64,000 nt of DNA from Prorocentrum cordatum (taxonomy: Eukaryota), in assembly GCA_963575745.1 (NCBI GenBank), contig CAUYUJ010000181.1, positions 62,001 to 126,000 on the forward strand, written 5' to 3'. Below, in pieces: positions 26,680-38,679 of the stretch. The notes below the pieces were generated by a model, which had not been told where the DNA came from, did no database searches, and saw only the letters and a list, made by a program, of their open reading frames with translations. Numbering within the stretch: the first letter of the stretch is position 1; each line of letters opens with the position of its first letter. The position numbers and the translations under genes are program-made.

Positions 26680-26970
26680 ACGACGACAGGCAACCACTCA
26701 ACCAAGGCGGTGTGGTCGTGCTGGGGAGTGGTCGTGCTGGGGTGTGGTCGTGCTGGGGGGTGGTCGTGCGGGGGGGTGGTCGTGCTGGGGGGGTGGTCGT
26801 GCTGGGGGGTGGTCGTGCTGGGGCGTGGTCGTGCTGGGGCGTGGTCGTGCTGGGGCGTGGTCGTGCTGGGGTGTGGTCGTGCTGTGGTGAGGTCGTGCTG
26901 GGGCGTGGTCGCGCTGGGTGATGGCCTTGCTGGGGTGGGGTCGTGCTGGGGTGGGGCAATGCTGGGGTCA
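26680..26970. repeat. (GTGGTCGTGCTGGGG)n repeat family, also at 44035-44340 and 54776-55066
   Basis: Shared head acgacaggcaaccactcaaccaaggcggtgtggtcgtgctgggg plus array. Confidence 0.85.
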
Positions 26971-27413
26971 TGGGCTCCCAGTGTTCCGATGGGTGAATGC
27001 GGTCCTTATGGCTGGACCAGCCTGCAGCGAAGAACTGGGCCCCAGTTCTTCGAGCTGCGCCCAGCGGGGCCAGCCGCGGCGAAAAGGAAGGAAGGAGGGC
27101 CCAGGGGCCCAGTCCCCAGTCTTCCGAGTTGCGTCCCAGCCGGGCCAGCTGCAGCGACGAGAGAGGAGGAGGAGGAGGAGGAGGAGGAAGAGTCCTGAGT
27201 CCTGCGGCCTGCGGCGCTCTGCGGGCCCGCAATCCGCCGGTCCGGCGCGTGGGCCGCGTGGGCCGTGGGCCGATTCTATTGCACGGCTGTGCGATGGCAA
27301 ATTCGGCTAATGAAAATAGTAACGACATCAGACGATCAGTACATTGGGCACTGGGCCTTGTCATCCGCGTCGCTCTGAACCATTCCGCTGCAAAGAACCA
27401 CACACTTGAAAGC

Positions 27414-28142
27414 CTACCGCGGCAGCCAATGCGGACAACTCGTGATGAAGCCATACCGCGACCGACCGGCCCACATGTCGTACAACATCCACCTGTCCAG
27501 CTGCTGGTTCCTCTGATTGCGTGATGGGACGTCCAGTCCCCATAGGCAGAGCTCCTCGACAGTGCGGTATACCAATAGCGCCGCAGGCTCGATCCGCGAG
27601 AGGATCACTTCACTGTTGCTTGTGGCCAATCGCCATGCACGTGTGTCAGTGTAGCACCTGCCGCCAGCCTCCATCGCCATTATCTCCGTGTTCAGGTTGT
27701 GAATGCAGCATTGGTAGGAGTTGCTGACATCATACTGCACTGTGACGTGCGCGCGATCCAGCGAGGCAATACCAATATGATCCCAATTGTGACCACGGGA
27801 TCGAACTGTGCGGCCGTTCTGGACGATGCAAGTGGTCCAGAACATGGCTGGGCCCAGCTCGACGGACGCACTGAAGTACCGAGAGCGCACTCGCACGTTG
27901 CCGAAACTCACATGCTCGAAGGCTGTCAGATCGTGGGCCTGGTCGTCCTGCAGCCTATGGTAGGCGCTGCCACGTCGGAGCTGGTCGGCCTCCGCCCTCG
28001 GCATAGCTCGATAGAGTAGGCGTCGTCCAAAGAGATGCGGGCAGCCCCTCAACCACGTGGTGTGACCAGCAGCGCCACAATAGAAACAAGAACATAAGCC
28101 CTGCTGCAGATACATGGCGGTGGCCTCGTCCAACTGTTGCAT
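27414..28142 (-). CDS. Zinc-knuckle plus putative R-S-E class ADP-ribosyltransferase-fold protein, copy 1
   Basis: CFYCGAAGHTTWLRGC (CCHC-like), then LLYRAM, HVSFGNVRVRSRYFSAS and SNSEVIL, matching the R / S-x-S / E strand pattern of pierisin/scabin/enterotoxin-like ARTs. Confidence 0.55.
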   Translation of the reverse strand: MQQLDEATAMYLQQGLCSCFYCGAAGHTTWLRGCPHLFGRRLLYRAMPRAEADQLRRGSAYHRLQDDQAHDLTAFEHVSFGNVRVRSRYFSASVELGPAMFWTTCIVQNGRTVRSRGHNWDHIGIASLDRAHVTVQYDVSNSYQCCIHNLNTEIMAMEAGGRCYTDTRAWRLATSNSEVILSRIEPAALLVYRTVEELCLWGLDVPSRNQRNQQLDRWMLYDMWAGRSRYGFITSCPHWLPR

Positions 28143-28223
28143 TGGCTGCAACTTGGGCGACGCAACGTGGCGCGCGGGCGCCTCCGTAGGCTGGGAGCCC
28201 CCTGAAGGCTTGCAGCAAGGCGC

Positions 28224-28241
28224 TGAGTCAAACGACTGCGG
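28224..28241 (-). other. Degenerate relict spliced leader upstream of the ART-like ORF
   Basis: Minus CCGCAGTCGTTT-GACTCA vs CCGTAGCCATTTTGGCTCA. All substitutions are transitions; ~80 nt from the ATG. Confidence 0.4.
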
Positions 28242-28690
28242 GAGGCGGAGGAGGATGAGGAGGAAAAGGAGGAGGAGGAGGCAGTGAAGGAGAGGAGGAG
28301 GGATGCCATCCTGTGGCGTTGGGTCCTCGTTTTGAAGAGACAGCGCCCCGCGTTGCCTTCTCCTCCCGCTGCCCTCCCCCCGCCCCTTATCAAGGAGGGC
28401 TGAGGGAGGCCGGAGGTGTGTGTGCGCGCGCGTGTGCGTGTCTATGTGTGTGTGTGTGTTTGTGTGCGCGTGGGGGATCGCATGCGAACTTTGCAATTGG
28501 GGCCTTCGCTGGAGTTCCCTATGGGGCCACGAACCGTGTAAGGGGTGCGCCGACATTGGAACCGCGTGCGAACTTTGCCACTGGGGCCTTCGGTGGGAGG
28601 CCCGCGATGATGATGACGGCGATGATGATGACGATAATGATTTTGATGATTATGATTGTGATGAGTTTCTTCGTTTCTGGCGGAATGCTG

Positions 28691-28715
28691 CTTGAGCGCA
28701 GATCATGGCTACGGA
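28691..28715 (-). other. Relict spliced leader
   Basis: Minus TCCGTAGCCAT-gatctgc-GCTCAAG has 11-nt and 7-nt exact blocks of DinoSL (DCCGTAGCCATTTTGGCTCAAG). Copy at 56791-56815. Confidence 0.6.
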
Positions 28716-29090
28716 CTGAAGGAGGAGAGGAGGCAAGAAGGGCCGAGGGGAGCTCCCCATGGGTCCTCCACGAACCGCAGGGTGCGCCGAAATATGGGGG
28801 GGGGGGAGGGGCCTTCGGTGGAGCGGAGCTCTATATGGGAGGATGGCATCATCATCAGCATCATCATATGGGAGGAGGAGGAGGCATCATCATCAGCATC
28901 ATCATCATCACCATCATCATCATCAGCATCACCACCATCACCATCGTCATCATCACCATCACCATCATCATCATCACCATCACCAGCATCATCATCATCA
29001 TCATTGTCATCATCATCATCATCAACATCATCATCATCATCATCATTATCATCATCATCATCAGCATCATCATCATAATCATCACCATTG

Positions 29091-29127
<37 letters not shown>

Positions 29128-29328
29128 TATCATCCACCTCCTCCTCCGACTCCTCCTCCTCCTGCCTCCTCCCTCCTCCCTCCTCCCCCTGCCTCCTCCT
29201 CCCTCCCTCCTCCTTCCACTCCTCCCCTACTCCTCCTCCGCGTCGACCAGCCGTGGGAGGGGGAAGCTCGCCAAAAACATGTTCTACCGCGACAGGGTTG
29301 CATCGTCATCATCATCATCATCATCATC

Positions 29329-29362
<34 letters not shown>

Positions 29363-29409
29363 CCATTTTCATCATCCAGAGCGCCCCGCATCGGCGGCAC
29401 TGGCCGGAG

Positions 29410-30190
29410 GCCACTACAATGTCATAGACAAGGACGATCATACACAAGAGCTTAATATAGGGGAAGTATCATATACAAGGACCATCGCACACGAGGAAGA
29501 TCATATACAACGAAGGCCAAATTCCAACAAGATCATATACAACTCAGAGGCCGCCCACCCGCCGTCTCGCATATAGGCGACTGCACCGCCCCTACTCCTG
29601 GGGGTCCCTGGGCGGCCATGGCGTATCTCTGGGATTGTCCAGGGTCTCAATGACGGCCCAGGAAGCCCACCCAGGCCACCAAGATAGCCCAGAATCGCTC
29701 CAAGGCGGCCCAAGATGGCCTCCAGACGGCCCAAAAAGCTTCCAACACGCCCCAAGAGCCCTGCCACGAGACATCATATACAAGGAATGTAATAGGTAAG
29801 GGCGATCATATACAAGAACTTAATATATAGAGGAAGTATCATATACAAGGACCACCAGTATCATATACAAGCACCAAGTATCATATACAAGATTATCTAA
29901 GAACACCCCGGAACTATGTCTCATAGCAGCTCTTTCGACATCCCATTTGTCCGAGCATGTCTCAGGCGAGACGGCCGTTTTTGAAGTCCGAAAATTAGGC
30001 CAGCGATGTCAATATCCCGATTGTTTGAGGATGTCTCAGGCGAAACGCTCATTTCTAACATAAGACGTCTTAAGACACGACCCCCAACTTCACGATTTGG
30101 CGAGGACGTCTCGGGCGGGAATCCGCCAGGCTCTGAATCACGAGGCGGCGCCGCACGTTCCCCCTCCAGACCTCCTCCAGACTCCAGACT
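29410..30190. repeat. Interspersed repeat with atcatatacaag and gatgtctcaggcga motifs; related copy at ~44845-45375
   Basis: Colinear similarity, e.g. cccaggccaccaagatagcccagaatcg and gaatccgccaggctctgaatcacgaggcggcgccgc in both. Confidence 0.8.
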
Positions 30191-30944
30191 GCCAGACCTG
30201 CTACCCCTTACGATAGATGGGCGAAGGTAAAGAGACAAATCTCCACCCTTACATCTCAGACACGCATGGTGGCCCAAGGCCCAATGGGCTTCGCTTGGGC
30301 AGGCTGATGAGCATCACATCCTTTTTCCCAGAATGCAACGCAACGCATAGGGCACCTGCAACTCGCAGCACCATTCTTTCACATCCGTTCGATGGAGCTG
30401 GCTAGCACGCAGTCTGGACTCTAGGCAGGCGATCCCTTGGCAATCATCTCAGATGATTTGGATTGAAGTCCACAGTCAACATGTCACACCCTGCCCCCAA
30501 CACTGAAGTCCTGATCACGTGCAGGCCCACGCCTGCTACCCTGGGCTACCCCTATCGCGGAGGCAGCTGCCAGCGCTCGCGGCAGCATGATGAAAAGAAC
30601 GAGGAAGCGATCCAAGAGTAAACATGGAGGGAGAAGAGAGGAGGATGAGGGTTTCCGAGCGAAGCCTTTTAGGCCTCTGAGTCTCTCGATGATCAATGAG
30701 TTTCGGTTACGTCGTTCGAGTGGGTACCGAAACGGATGTGCACATGTCTTTCAGATTTCTGAGTTAGGGCCCCGCTTCGTTGCGATAGAAAACATTGATA
30801 TATTTCGGGGCGAATGCGAATTCAGGAGGAGGAAGTGGCGGAGGAGAAGTAAGAGGGAGGACGGAGGACCTCGAGCCTCGAGGTCCTCGATCCTCGAGGC
30901 TCGAGGATCGAGGAGGCAGGCGACGGAGGCAGTGGCAGGCTACC

Positions 30945-33900
30945 TCAACGCACACCCTTCACACGGCTGCGGCGGCCGCCACGGCCGCAACCCTTCGAGA
31001 GAGCAGCTTGGTCCTCAGCCTGCTCCGCAGCCCCGGCGCCGCCTCCTGTCTGCGCCGCAGTCTCCGCCGCCTTGATCTTCGCAGCGTCGGCAGTCAGCGC
31101 GCGCAGTACAGACTTGCTGGGCGCCGCCCGCTCGGCCCGCTCAGATGGCTTCTTGTCCTGGTTCATGATCTCCTCGGGAATTGCAGTCTTCTCATCAGGA
31201 ACAGGCTCTGCAGGGGCCTCCTCAGGAACAGGCTTCGCAGGAGCCTCCTCAGGAACAGGCTCTGCAGGAGCTCCCTCAGGAACAGGCTTTGCAGGAGCCT
31301 CCTCAGGAACGGGAGCCGCAGGCCCTGCAGGAGCCGGAGCAGGCAGCAGCTCGCCCGCCTCTGCGCCGTCAACCTTTTCGGCGTCCGCTCCTGTCTGGAT
31401 CGCATCCGCGTTCTTGTTCTCCTCAGTGGCTACCTTCTCCTCAAACTCAGCGTCAGGATCAGGAACTGCAGGAGCCTCAGGCGGCGGCTCGACCGCCTCC
31501 AGGTCCGCGCCCGCTGCCGTCTGGATCTCATCCTTTCCAGGCGCCTCCTCAAGTGCAGTGCGCGGCTGCACCCTGCCTGCCTCGGCTTCGTCTTGCATCT
31601 TCTCACCTTCTTTATCGGCGGCCTTGTGCGGCTGCTCCGCCTCGGCGCCTCCTTCCACGACGCCAGGGGCACCCTGGCCAGGCACCTCTTCACCCGTGGC
31701 AATGGCGGGCTCTGCCACAGTCGAGGCGTCGGCGTCGGGCTCCTCCTTCATTTTGTCAGTCAGCAGCGGTCGCCAGGCAGGCGCGCAGTGCTCCAGGACC
31801 GCCTCACAGAACTTCGCTGCTTCAAGCTGCTGCTCCTGAAGATACGCCAACTTGAGAGCATGTAGGTCCTCGAACGGCGACTCAAATAGACGCTGCATCT
31901 CTGGCAAGAAGGACATGCGGATGCCGAAGTTGTTAGCGTCGCATGGGATCTCCGCGTAGATGCATCCAGCTGGCAGGTAAAGCATCGTGTCTGGCCCAAC
32001 GAAGCCATGAACGAAAGGGACACTTGCTTTCGCCATCTGGTCGGCTGACTCTGCACTGATCTTTTGAAAGGCATCCTTGCATGCGGTGTATGTAGAGTTG
32101 GGCCCTAGGTACCCGGCAACCTTGGAGAACTGGGCAACGACGACGAAGCGCCGGCCTCCTACCTGTAGTTTCACGGTCGGAAGGTGGCGCGGCTCGCAGC
32201 CAAAATTCTTCGCACCTACAGGAAAGCCGAAGAGCTGAGCTTGCGTGAACTTCTCGACATCGACACCGCAAAGTAGCATTGCTTTTGGCACCTCCTTCTT
32301 GATAGCAGCGATGAACGACAACTGAGTGACATTCTTATTGATTGCCTCGGAAGATGGAAGCGTGTATGCAAGCCTACCGTTTGCAGTCTTCTTCGCAGCT
32401 TTCGTGAATCCTGCGCGAAAGGCGTTGAACAGGACCTTAGGCTGGTTCGTCTCGGCGCCGCCCTCGAACACCTTACTCTCTAAAGTCCCCTCGCTGAAGC
32501 ACAATACGAACGGTAAGTTCCAGTTGATGCATGCTGGCAAGTGCTTTTCGTCGGCATCGTATCGCGTCATGGGAGGGTGGCCCATGGACTCAAAGTCGAT
32601 CTTCATGATGGTCTTCTCTGCGGCCTCTTTCTCCTCGAGGCTCCTCTGGGCCACGACCTCAGCCTGCTTCGCCATGGCCTGGGGATCTGCTCTCGGCTTC
32701 GCGCCTTGCTTCGCAAGGGCTTTGGCAGCGACTTGCCTATTCTTCTCCTCTTCCTTCTCTCTCTTGGCTTTCAGACCTTCGGCGTGTTTGACCTCTGCTT
32801 CATGCTCAGACTTCAAGCGATCAGCGGACTTCCTCAAGGTCTTGCACAGCTCCTTCATCAAAGCAATCTGGTTATTGAACTCTACTTTCTGGGTCTCAAA
32901 CTCTTCCATGCTTGTTACTCCATCAGCAAAAGAAGCTGCCCTCGCCTCGAGCACCGACTTGGCTTGCAGGTTCGCCATGTCCTTGGAAACAAGAGACTGC
33001 ACCAATGCATCCATCGCCTGCCGTGTTTGTTCATTGTATGCTTCGCCTTCCAGACCGTTCTCTTTCTTGAAATCAACGTTGTCCTCGTAAGCCCAGAACT
33101 CCACGGCCTTCAAACGAAGTGAGCAAGCAGTGCGCAAGCGCTTCAGCACATCCCCTTCTGGTACGGTGTTCATGATTTGCCTACTGACATCAATGGCTTC
33201 CTCCAGGCGCTGCCCTTCCCTGCGGATATCCCTCTCGGCAGCGGTGTACGCCTTTTCGATCTTATCTTGCAGCGAAGCTGCATCAGCAGCTGAATCGTTG
33301 CCTGTGCCAGGGGAACCAGACGGCAATGATGCTCCAGCAGATTTCGTTGGCGTAGCCGTCGACGCCTGCGACGAAGGCACGTTGGCATTCTTTCCTGTCC
33401 GAGCTTTCTTGGGAGGGCCTGGCGCGCCGTCGTCGTCGGGCTCCACCTCTGCCATCTTGCTGAAGGGGTTCTGGACTGCTGCGAAAACCTTCCCGGGCGT
33501 CTTGGCGTAGAAGTCATCGTTCATCTTCATGTGGCCCGTCTTTAACTTCTTCTCGTCGTTCGTTATGTGCTGCGCGGTGGGGTTCCTCTTGTTGTTATAA
33601 CCGAGACGGGAGGTGTGCGTTTCGCCCTGCACGTTATTGAAGGAAAGTTTGTCAGCGACAGGGACATATATTCTCAGCTTGCCACCAGCGCACTCTGGCC
33701 GACTGCAGGACAGCGTGTCTCTGCATTCCCCAGGGCCTTCGAAGTCGCGGGTCGGGTACTTCACGGTATCAAGAACTGCTGCGAGCCAATCCTCCTCTGC
33801 CTTCTCCTTAGATTTGAGCCTCTCTGTCATCATGAATTTGACGAACCCAACGTGGTCCAACTTATCAACGACCTTCGTGTCGGTCGTGTTCGTCTCGGCC

Positions 33901-35483
33901 TTGGTGTCGATCCAGTAGGCAGCGAAGTCGAAGTCGCCTGCGGTCTTACCTCCAGCGGGGTCAGGCAAGCCGACGGTGAGCAGATACACGTCGATGGCCT
34001 CATCCATCTCCTCCGATTCCTTCTTCATGGCAGTGAACTGCTTGTCTCCCTGCCTCTTGGCCGAGCTGCTCATGTTCTCGTGCGCCCTACGATGTAAACC
34101 ACAGAATGGCGACTTGCCCTTCTTCGCATCCGCGCAGGTAAACTTGACGCACGCAGTCTTATCCTTGGCGGCCTCCACCCGTTCAGCCTTGCGCTGTTCT
34201 CGAAGCGCCTGGCGTTCAGCAGCACATGCAGAGGGAAGCTTGTCAGGCGGGATCTTATGCACGTTCCTCAAGCGCTGGAGCATCGCCTGCATATTCTCGA
34301 ACTCGGCGTTAGCCTCGCAGAGAGCACGTAGAGGCCTCCTAGATGGGGTCCGAGTACATGGGGTCGAAGGATCGCGCCGCATCGCCAATGCATCGCCGAT
34401 GCATCGGCGATGCATCGGCGACACAGGCGTGGAGAAAATCGGGCTCCACATCGAGCCGCATCGTCGATGCATCGGCGATGCGGCGCAATCCTCGGACCCC
34501 ATCTACTCGGACCCCATGTAGGAGGCCTAGAGCGCAACGAATGGAGGAAGGGGGAGGCCCCCGGGGAAGGAGGAGGATGAGGAGGAGGAGGCGGAGGAGG
34601 AGGAGGAGGAGGAGGAAGAGAAGGAAGTGGAGGAGGGAGGGGCAGGAGCAGGAGCAGAAGGGGAAGAGAGAGCACATCTTTTGTTACTTATGAATCCCAC
34701 CAGACCTCTGGGCGTGAATCTGAATGGATTATCTCCCCCCTCGGGAAGGGGGTTATTGCTTCCCCCAGGGGGGTCCAGGGCCCGGGGCCCGGGAGGGGAG
34801 GGACTCAACTCTTGTAACCCTCGCCGTCGTCGTCGTTGTCGGTCGTTGGTCGTTGGTCGTCGTGGTGCGTCGTCGTCGTCGTTGTCGGTCGTCCAGCAAC
34901 GACCAACGACCGACGACGACGACGACGACGACGAACGCAGCGCCAGAGCTCCAGGCAGTTTTCACTCGGCACCCCGGTCCAGCAACGACCAACGACCAAC
35001 GACGACGACGACGACGCGAAAACGGCGCTGGAGCCCCAGGCAACGGGCAACGGTCCAGCAACGACCAACGACTGACGACGACGACGACGACGCGAAAACG
35101 GCGCCGAAGCTCCAGGCAATTTTCACTCGGCACCCCAGTCCAGCTGCTGGACTGGACCAGGGTGCCGAATGAAAATTGCCTGGAGCTCCAGCGCCGTTTT
35201 CGTGTACAAGTTCGAGGGGACACTTTTGAGAATTTCTGCACTGCTGCAGTTTTTCTGAAAACGTGTTCCCTCCCTGTTTTCACCTCTATGGTTGGTGTGC
35301 ATCCTGCGCCTGCGCCGGCGCTGGCGTCGGCGGCTTTGTTGGAGTCGATGGCGGTGGCGTCGCTGGAGTTGGCGCGCCAGTCGAAGCCAGCGACTTCGGC
35401 TTCGGCTGCTCGTCAGCGGCGGCCCCCTCGACCATGGCCTCCGCCAGGAAGTCAGCAGCGAAAGCGTCGTCGTCGACCTCCAT
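30945..35483 (-). CDS. ~1180 aa protein with Cys/His cluster, coiled coil, degenerate JmjC/cupin-like region and acidic Pro/Ala/Glu tail; predicted exons 35483-35304 and 34313-30945
   Basis: Long complex ORF with CVKFTC...PFCGLH, a K/E-rich coil, and TVKLQVGGRRFVVV...VGPDTMLYLPAGCIY resembling JmjC strands but lacking the HxD/E..H ligands. The ORF-track N-terminus lies in a hairpin MITE; exon 1 (MEVDDDAFAADFLAE...) joins in phase 0. Confidence 0.7.
34332..34528. mobile_element. Hairpin MITE inside the predicted intron (copy at 62418-62614)
   Basis: TIR aggcctcctagatggggtccgagta / tactcggaccccatgtaggaggcct. Confidence 0.8.
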
Positions 35484-36084
35484 GATGGCCCGCCCTGGGC
35501 CTGGGTCCTGGTGACCCGTGACAGCCATCGGAAAGAATAAGATGAGAGATATGCGTCGCTCGCAGCTCGATCATTTGGGGGATGCGGAAGTCGGAGGGGC
35601 GCTGACAGGCCCTCAGGCCTCAGGGCCTCAGGGGGCCCACCAACGAGTCTGGGGATCACAGCGCATTATTATTCGAGAGCTCAACATCCAAAGTCCCAAG
35701 ACCCAAGAGACCGACAGATACCAGACTAGGCACGATACCGACTGCTTGAAACAACACGACACTGCTGACGATGAAACAATGATGCATGCGGGGGTAAGGA
35801 TCATGGGGAATTATGTTCCCAGAAGCCTCTCCGGGAACATATTTCAGACGTCCTCCTGGATGATGCCAATATGCTGATGATGATGGTGATGATGTGATGA
35901 TGCTGGTGATGATGTGTTGTGTTGATGCCAATATGTTGATGATGGTGGCAATGAAGAGGGCGGCGCGGCCGATCCTCATTGAGCTGCAGTAAGGACGCCG
36001 TCATCGAGGTAGTTGGCGTAGCTAAGATACCTGGCGGCTGCGCGCGCGATTGCGCCGCTGAGCTTAGACTGAGGCCTTCAGCCT

Positions 36085-36570
36085 TCAGTGGGACTCCCTT
36101 TTGGCCGCGAAGCCTGCGATGGGAGGGGTGGCGGGGTACCGAGCGATGCCGCTCTCGTCCACCCAGATGAGCACGACCTCTGCGGGGTCGGTTTCGTGGT
36201 AGTTCCAGAAGTGATGCCAGTTTGGCTGCAGCCAGATGTCTGGGACATTGCCTCGCGCTGGGAAGTGCCAGCAGTCTGGGGGTTGTAGGTGGGGAAGGGG
36301 AAGCTCCAGATATGCTGGAGCCCATGGCGGCCAAGGCCCTGGTGGGCTTGGTGGAAGATTAGGGGGTGGCTGGATCCGCTTCCCATTGCATATGGTCCCC
36401 ACGACCGCCCTTGGCCTGTCTGGCAGGTCGAGACCTGCCGGGCCACCGCCCGCGCTGGGCGGGGGGATGTCGCCATGGTGATATTTGGTGACTGAAGGCG
36501 CGAAGGCTTCCGCTGCGAAGGCGGCCTGCACCTGCTCGAAGGGCCAGGGACAGGGACAGGCTGCAGCCAT
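36085..36570 (-). CDS. Hypothetical Pro/Trp-rich protein
   Basis: Non-repetitive ORF MAAACPCPWPFEQ...WHHFWNYHETDP, co-oriented with the neighbouring genes. No recognised domain. Confidence 0.35.
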   Translation of the reverse strand: MAAACPCPWPFEQVQAAFAAEAFAPSVTKYHHGDIPPPSAGGGPAGLDLPDRPRAVVGTICNGKRIQPPPNLPPSPPGPWPPWAPAYLELPLPHLQPPDCWHFPARGNVPDIWLQPNWHHFWNYHETDPAEVVLIWVDESGIARYPATPPIAGFAAKRESH

Positions 36571-36829
36571 GACAGCGGGCAGCCCCCCGCGCTGCGGCGC
36601 TGCAGGAGCGCGCAGGCTGCTGAGAAGTACAATGGCGATGGTGGTAAGCTGATGGTCGTTAGTCGTTAGTAGCGGCAACAGCAGAAACGTAGCGATGGAG
36701 CGAAAAAACGCTTGATCGCCGCCGCCACTGGGCAAGCTACCCGACTTCACCACGCCCTAAAGGAAAGTACCACATCCCAGAAAGAAACGCTTGGGGCATC
36801 TGAGACGGTGCTATGTACATGCTAAGAAC

Positions 36830-37520
36830 GCTGATTTTTGGCAAATATCATGCGAAACGCGTCATTTAGCCGAAATACATGTAAAACGTTAGAAAAATAC
36901 TAAAAACAAACGCTAGGGCATCATTTAGCATACAAGACACAAGACTTATCATTTTTTGCATAGAATACAAAAAATATCAACAATAATAAAAAATACCCCA
37001 AAACATCAAAAAAAAATCATAGAATATCACTCGGGCTTGAAAAACACAAAAAACGTAAAAGAAACTCAAAAAAACACAAAGGTCATTGAATGTTCGCGAA
37101 CATGCACAAAATGATCGGTGAGGGCCGCCCCGAAGGTCCCCGAAGGTCTCCCCGAAGGTCCCCGAAGGTCCCCGAAGGTCTCCCCGAAGGTCCCCGAAGG
37201 TCCCCGAAGGTCCCCCCGAAGGTCCCCGAAGGTCCCCGAAGGTCTCCCCGAAGGTCCCCGAAGGTCCCCGAAGGTCCCAGAGGCACTTGTGAGAGCATGT
37301 CGACCACAAGTGAGCACGAGTGATATTTTATGATTTTTTGTAAAAATTATATGTTTTTTAATATTTTTCAATGCGTTTCTGAATTTCAGTGTTTTTTGTA
37401 TGCCGAGTGATATTTTACAAAATTAAAGGTGTTTTTTATGCTTTTGTTTGTTTGTGTTTTGATGTTTAGTGTTTTACGCTAAATTCTCAGAAAAGCAAGC
37501 GCAAATCTTTGTTTTTGCAC
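36830..37520. repeat. AT-rich inverted arms enclosing a (CCCCGAAGGT)n array
   Basis: aatatcactcgg..aaaaacac vs gtgtttttt..ccgagtgatatt, with the array at ~37128-37278. Confidence 0.7.
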
Positions 37521-38679
37521 GTTTCATCTGCATATGTGTTGCAATCGGCTTCAAGGAGTAACCGGGCCGCAAATGATGGCACACTGACGGCCCCATGATC
37601 ATGCGACCGTCTCTGGGTCCCCTTGGGCCCCTCATTGACCCTTTTCGGAGTGCCTTGAAGGGCTCTAGTTTCAGGAGAAGCCCGATGACCAAAAGAGAGC
37701 CCAAAGAGGAGTCCAAGACGCCCAGAGGTGCCTGAGAGGACCCTGAGAGTCCAAGAGACCCCAAGAAGAGTCCAGGAGGACCCAGAGGAGTCCAAGAGGA
37801 CCCAAGAGAAGCCCAAGACGGCTCGATGCCTCTGGGGCCCTCTGGGCCCTTCTTGCCGCCCTCTGGGAGGCGCGGAAGAGGAGGGGGGAGGGGGGAGGAG
37901 GAGGGGCGGGCTCGCTGCGCTGTCGAGCTTGGCGTCGGGCGTCGGCGTCGGGCCCGTCGGCGCCCGTCGGCCCGTCGGGCTGGGCGTCGGGCTGCCCGGG
38001 CTGCCCTCAGGCCTCGGGCACGACCTGGGCGGGGGGCAGGAGGCAGGAGGAGGAGGAGGAGGAGGAGGAAGAGGAGGCCCAGAGCCGGAGGCGGAGGAGG
38101 AGGAGGAGGTAGAGGGTAGAGGAGGAGGGAGGAGGAGGAAGAGGATGAGAGGAGGAGGAGGAGGAGGTGCAGTGCAGGAGGAGGAGGAGGAGGAGAATAA
38201 AAGGGTAGAAGACACATGGTAACATAAAGCTGGCGGCATCAGCAGGAAGGAGGAGGAGGATGATGAGGAGGAGGAAATAAGAGGATGAGCGCCACGGAAA
38301 TAGAGGGGACCCCCAGCCCTTGCGCGCGCGCCCCAAGGACACACACAGGAGTGCCGCCTGCCCTGGAGGAGGGAGGAGGAGGAGGAGGAGGAGGAGGAGG
38401 AGGAGGAGGAGGAGGAGTCATCATCATCATCATCATCATCATCACCATCACCACCAGCATCAGCATCAGCATCATCATCATCATCATCAGCATCATCCAC
38501 CTCCTCCTCCGCCTCCTGTTCCTCCTCCTCCTGTTCCTCCTCCTCCCTCCTCCCTCCTCCCTCTTCCCTCCTCCCTCATCCCTCCTTGCTGCTCCTTTCC
38601 CTCCTCCTCTTCCACCTTCTCTCGCTCCGCGCCGACCAGCCGAAAGAGGGGGAGGAGGAGGAGGAGAAAGAGATCAAGA

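Noticed and set aside
34314..34502. N-terminus MGSEDCAASPMHRR of the 1185 aa ORF
   Set aside because: Lies within a hairpin MITE in a predicted intron.
30795..34521. Plus-strand ORFs overlapping the long minus ORF (similarly over the DNMT and transposase)
   Set aside because: Antisense shadows of GC-rich coding sequence with no motifs.
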